DNA from: Candidatus Sumerlaeaceae bacterium
Lineage (GTDB): Bacteria; Sumerlaeota; Sumerlaeia; Sumerlaeales; Sumerlaeaceae
DNA: 64,000 nucleotides
Direction: 5' to 3'
Assembly (NCBI GenBank): GCA_051003195.1
Contig: JBPCLP010000009.1
Span: 64,001-128,000, forward strand
The notes under the pieces were generated by a model. That model was not told the DNA's origin and did not search any database. It saw nothing but the letters and a program-made list of their open reading frames with translations. Position 1 is the first letter of the stretch. Each line of letters opens with the position of its first letter. Position numbers and translations under genes: made by a program. Below, one piece after another: positions 60,801 through 64,000 of the stretch.

Positions 60801-62228
60801 CGCGGTTTGAACAGTACGCGGGTCATATCCCGCGTCGCCGCGATCGCTCAGCCCCACCAGCAGCGAGTTCGATCTTTCGTACACGTATACATCCTGGTCA
60901 ATCGAACGTGTGATGTGCGTGCCTTTGGCATAGCGCCGACTGATATCCACCAGTCGGGGAACGAGCGAACCGAAGTCTCCGCCCAGCGCATCGCCGCGGC
61001 CGCCACGCGGGAAATCGCGGTTTGTACCGAACTCCTGCGCGTTGAAATACACAAGCGGATAACCCGCCCGCGTCAGCACATGTGCGTAAGCAACATTGTC
61101 CAGTGTCGGAGCGCCGTTGTCATGTGACTGGGCAAACTGCACGCCGGCGGTTCCATCATTTGCATTGCCATCGATACCGTCCACACTGGCAAATTCCAGG
61201 TTGCGCATGTCTCCGAACCCGCCCGCGCTCAGCACATTCCCGAGCGCAAAAAACAGAGGGAAATCCAGAACGTCGCGATTGCCAAAACCGTCCTTGCGGC
61301 GATAAGCTCCCAGCACAGCGAAGTCGCCGGTCAGCGCCTCACCGAAGGAGTACGGCGTGGTCACATTACCCGCGAGGTCCCTGCGTCCTCGCTGGTACAT
61401 CACACTGTCAAAAAAGTTGGTGAAGAACCATGACGGCAGGTGTTTAATCGCATCGATCCGGAATCCATCCGCGCCAATAACTTCGATCATCCATTGTGCG
61501 TTGCGCAGCAGCAGGCCAGTAGCATTTTCACCTACCGGGTCGCCCGCGAGCGGATTTGCCGCATTGAATGGCCGGATTCCCTGACCATTTGCCGGAAGGG
61601 ACAGATCGGGATAGAAGCGCACATTGTCAGGATTAAGAGATTCATTGGGGATATTCTGCGCGCCCGCGGTAGCAGGCTGGCGAATAAAGACGTGATTTTT
61701 TTCCTGCGCGATGTCGATCAGGCCGGCAAGACGGCCATCCTGTTCGCCGCTGGCGTATGCTCCGTGAAAGTCTCCATCCACGTCGCCCGCTAAAGTCGTC
61801 ACGAAACCGGGATAGTCACCCGCCGCAACAAACCCTGGAGTGGAAGGATCCCGGAAGCCGTTGTGGTTGGGAACCCAGTCGAAGTACGCGCGCATGCCGG
61901 CACGATGCGCCATCGTGGTGAGCTGCTTTGCTGGTTCTTCCGTGCCATAAAGAGTCTGGTCAAACGGCTTTCCCAGGTTGAAACGGTCAAACACATCGTA
62001 GCCCACCGAATATCCACCTGTATCCGCCTTGCTGGGTGGCGGAAACCAGAACGCAGTGTATCCGGCAACGAACACATCTGGCAGTTTCTTCTCGATCGTC
62101 TCCCATTTGCTCTCGTAGTACTGCAGGATCACATCACCGGCAAAGCCGATGGTGGACGAAGCGATTGCTGCGGCAGAGGCCGACGCTATGCCGAGAGCGC
62201 GCAGGGAAGTGGATTTAAAGTAGATCAT
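57855..62228 (-). CDS. Large secreted multidomain GH13 alpha-amylase (Ig-like, DOMON-like, lamin-tail domains)
   Basis: DGFRIDAIKH, GEAL, SHDN catalytic regions; LNEA..DWAEIYNP lamin-tail domain; ends IADWMLYR. Confidence 0.85.
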   Translation of the reverse strand: MIYFKSTSLRALGIASASAAAIASSTIGFAGDVILQYYESKWETIEKKLPDVFVAGYTAFWFPPPSKADTGGYSVGYDVFDRFNLGKPFDQTLYGTEEPAKQLTTMAHRAGMRAYFDWVPNHNGFRDPSTPGFVAAGDYPGFVTTLAGDVDGDFHGAYASGEQDGRLAGLIDIAQEKNHVFIRQPATAGAQNIPNESLNPDNVRFYPDLSLPANGQGIRPFNAANPLAGDPVGENATGLLLRNAQWMIEVIGADGFRIDAIKHLPSWFFTNFFDSVMYQRGRRDLAGNVTTPYSFGEALTGDFAVLGAYRRKDGFGNRDVLDFPLFFALGNVLSAGGFGDMRNLEFASVDGIDGNANDGTAGVQFAQSHDNGAPTLDNVAYAHVLTRAGYPLVYFNAQEFGTNRDFPRGGRGDALGGDFGSLVPRLVDISRRYAKGTHITRSIDQDVYVYERSNSLLVGLSDRGDAGYDPRTVQTAFSNVTLTELSGAASDPVINANGDFPATLVVPANGIVTLRVPRNRTNTTSHNKGYIMYGLAAPTHSHTLSGVTSVLAPESASVPNGSRRHTPLQVIKGNSFTVTAQTSPTIAEDNALIRLDGGLPIDANPGLLVTTGEFAGFEAFTGSASPRASAGTGTYTLNVNTTTMTEGLHFLETVAFLPRPLGAPAVYSSARTAIYLDRTSPTVSLLFPSTTGTSDVLSQSYGVIAKSADNTANSMHVFFDQPSSYNFLGNVNVGNQMTKVDRGEFRYTWNNITGGTHSITIVAFEPTGTSSITRFEPIQAIIPQPPMAFGIDTDAGAASVNFQPLPATINSNAYTNDFVIRVDKTAGINFPSNFSVYLDVDGITYTAVPYNASLLPPINALVQNDQNLGDQYDEFRFVWRGYTTGVHSMTARAVLTSGASPQNSVPALITVPESVTGPGVVIFSPSAGATLNTPTSVTVNAAIGFNARSAQAYLSQPGGSTPYQLLQGINLPASTNVTLQSAVSSYLASDNLSGLNVTNGIYTIRAIASTGLDGGGIASEASTTISITGFPSAVQTTTPLINGNISEFFDRTPLAVSPANGGTTVPSPVTDFGSDGSLTEFHARVANNTLYLAVRGDIFNGADPNNNATIVYIDVDSTSSTGARHMWTTSDLSDTGDALRSLVRNSGFDVNSALIAQGIGFDAAVVITGTSPLSAKVFGLGSGGVAGNPSAFAELSASIAFGTGFGSYPGATGTNIAGPTGFEVSIPLSQLANANPRGMAFVAVTTSDTSFPSPNPLPENSSNAFTTSQTIEAVARFPAQPALVLNEANNGNTDWAEIYNPTGSAVNLGTWSLRWTDASGVSAQLPLSGANSPAGSYIVVSDAALAPTPPAGSLNLGSNIPWNSARAGSVALMDPYGLGIDYVRWNSNTGQNSSDISPAGTIFGGNSTSHDGTANQSLARNPSSTDTNVASDWAVRAPTPGTVNPLVTTIADWMLYR

Positions 62229-62240
62229 TACCGCCCGTGT

Positions 62241-62254
62241 TTAAACCGGTTTAA
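62241..62254. promoter_or_regulatory. Putative LacI-family operator
   Basis: Perfect palindrome ttaaaccggtttaa just upstream of the amylase start. Confidence 0.65.
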
Positions 62255-62308
62255 TTATCCGATTCAAGTTATATAACATTATAGCAGCAAGAAGCGTGGA
62301 GAAGCGTG

Positions 62309-63790
62309 TTACTGTCGGAAAAAGCTGTAGCCGGCGATCTTATCCTCGGGCGCGTACAGCGCAATACCCCATGGGCCCAGCTTCGGGAGGATACTTCCAG
62401 CCGCTACGGATACCCCCTCCTCCGATTCGAGGAGATCAGATAGTTTGAGGCCATCGAACAGATAGGAATAGGGTGTGAACACACGGCCATGGAAGGGACC
62501 GTCCGATGCATTCGCGATCACCACGACCAGTTCGGACGGGACTTCGGTTACCCGCGCAAAGGCGAGAATGCCGGGCGCGCCGGGCTGTGGAAGCGGCAGG
62601 TATTCGCCGTGTGTCAGCGCCGGGTGCGACCGACGAAACGCGTTCAATGTGCTTAGTAGCTGCAAAGTCTGCTGATCCTGCTGCGCCGCATCCCACTGCA
62701 TTGGCCGCCTGCAATCCGGATCCTTCCCGCCTTGCATTCCGATTTCTTCACCGTAATAAATCATCGGCGTGCCGGGGAAAGCGTACTGCAGCACCTGCGC
62801 CATGCGTCGACGCGCGCGATCAGGCACCTCGGTCGCCAGCCGCGGCGTGTCATGCGACGCCAGCATGTTCCAACTGCGTAACAGGGCCTCGTGCGGATAA
62901 CGCCGTGCCATGCGTTTAAAATTATAGGCGGCCTGCGCAACCGGGATTTCCCCGTTCGCCAAAGCCAACACGGTCTCGCGAAAATAATAGTTCATGACGC
63001 CGTCCAGCCCTCCCTGGGTCAGCCACTGCTCCGCATAGGTCATGATCTCGCCAATCACGCCATCGCGAGGTTGCTCGCGATGCGCGGCTTCGGCCGCCAG
63101 CGCACACATCTGCATACCCAGGTCATTCGCACAATCCAGGCGCCAACCTGTCGCGCCGCGTTGCAGCCAATGGCGGATAACCGACTGCTCTCCCTCAAAC
63201 AGCGCATCCCTAACTTCAGGGTTTGCGAGATTCAGTTCTGGAAGTGTAGAATGGCCACGCCAGCATTCGTACCCATGCGGGTGGCCATTCCACTTGAAGT
63301 GGTCGCGTCGCGCCGCGGCCACATCAGACTTTGCCTCATGAAACCAGTGGTGCTCGACACCGACGTGGTTGAACACGCCGTCGAGAATCAAACCCATGCC
63401 ACGCGACGCGCAATGTTCCGCCAGTTGATCGAAAGCCGTATCGCCACCGAAACGTTCTTCGATATGCTCGTACGTGCTGGCGTCGTACTTGTGGTTGGAT
63501 GGCGCGCGGAAGATCGGAGTGAGATAAATTGCATCCGCGCCCAACGACTGGATGTAATCGATGTGCGCCGAAATACCGTCGAGGGTTCCTCCGCAGTGAT
63601 GATGCCATGGTTTCCCCGTCGGAGCGGTCGCCTGTAGCGCCACGCCCCCCGGACCCGCGAACCGGTCGACAAAGATTTCGTATATCGAATTGCGAATCTG
63701 CGGCAGCTGGCGCGTGCCATTGCCCGACGCATTTTGCCCCGCGTTCGCTGGTTGTGGGCTGCGCTGGTTGCTCATCAGTAGAGGTTCCAT
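62309..63790 (-). CDS. Cytoplasmic GH13 neopullulanase/maltodextrin glucosidase-like enzyme
   Basis: YEIFVDRF, SNHKYD, LDGVFNH, GWRLDCA, GEI, SHDTPR, YYGEEIG. Confidence 0.92.
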   Translation of the reverse strand: MEPLLMSNQRSPQPANAGQNASGNGTRQLPQIRNSIYEIFVDRFAGPGGVALQATAPTGKPWHHHCGGTLDGISAHIDYIQSLGADAIYLTPIFRAPSNHKYDASTYEHIEERFGGDTAFDQLAEHCASRGMGLILDGVFNHVGVEHHWFHEAKSDVAAARRDHFKWNGHPHGYECWRGHSTLPELNLANPEVRDALFEGEQSVIRHWLQRGATGWRLDCANDLGMQMCALAAEAAHREQPRDGVIGEIMTYAEQWLTQGGLDGVMNYYFRETVLALANGEIPVAQAAYNFKRMARRYPHEALLRSWNMLASHDTPRLATEVPDRARRRMAQVLQYAFPGTPMIYYGEEIGMQGGKDPDCRRPMQWDAAQQDQQTLQLLSTLNAFRRSHPALTHGEYLPLPQPGAPGILAFARVTEVPSELVVVIANASDGPFHGRVFTPYSYLFDGLKLSDLLESEEGVSVAAGSILPKLGPWGIALYAPEDKIAGYSFFRQ

Positions 63791-64000
63791 TCCTGGCCGA
63801 CGGAAGCTGTTGCTCCCACGAGGGCATTGCTCTCATCTTCAATCGGAAAAAGAAAACGCGCCGTGTACGGAAAGCGGCTCTGCCATGCGGTCTCATTGTG
63901 CTGCTGACCAAATCCAATCACGTTCAGTACATGAACGTTCAGCACCTGTCCACGTCGCAGCATCCGGTCGCGCGCGTCGATGCAGTCGTTAAAGCCGTCG
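63775..64000 (-). CDS. Partial alpha/beta-hydrolase (esterase-like) C-terminus, runs off the window
   Basis: Frame open to the edge: DGFNDC..RDRM...QHNETAWQSRFP..RFLFP. Confidence 0.6.
   Translation of the reverse strand, partial: DGFNDCIDARDRMLRRGQVLNVHVLNVIGFGQQHNETAWQSRFPYTARFLFPIEDESNALVGATASVGQEWNLY

Overview
Chromosomal window of moderately high GC from a diderm bacterium (lolA, lptE). The gene mix and short C-terminal tails on secreted proteins suggest, as inference only, a Sumerlaeota/BRC1-like lineage. Most of the window is housekeeping: proC, proB, corA, mutL, dapF, gap-tpiA-pfp, pyrB, ribH, feoB-feoA and sufE with a sulfurtransferase. An alpha-glucan utilisation locus fills the right end (LacI regulator, ABC transporter, two GH13 enzymes, DOMON-like protein). 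Points of interest: (1) a ~1.1 kb two-gene winged-helix + TIR cassette inserted at the feoA 3' end and flanked by a 50-bp duplication whose substitutions are all synonymous, a candidate defence/signalling island; (2) four small Cys-rich lipoproteins resembling chlamydial OmcA, two of them missed or mis-started by the ORF track; (3) two short C-terminal motifs (PVxxSxF/YxxE and ADWxLF/Y) each shared by unrelated secreted proteins, candidate sorting signals; (4) a stand-alone copy of a subtilase propeptide next to its protease; (5) a Hel308-like helicase with an OmpR-type C-terminal domain behind a GAAC-N4-GTTC box; (6) a dispersed ~95-bp hairpin repeat family (6 units at 3 loci); (7) a decayed mazEF pair. 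No rRNA, tRNA, CRISPR array, integrase or transposase was recognised. All family assignments are by eye, without database searches.
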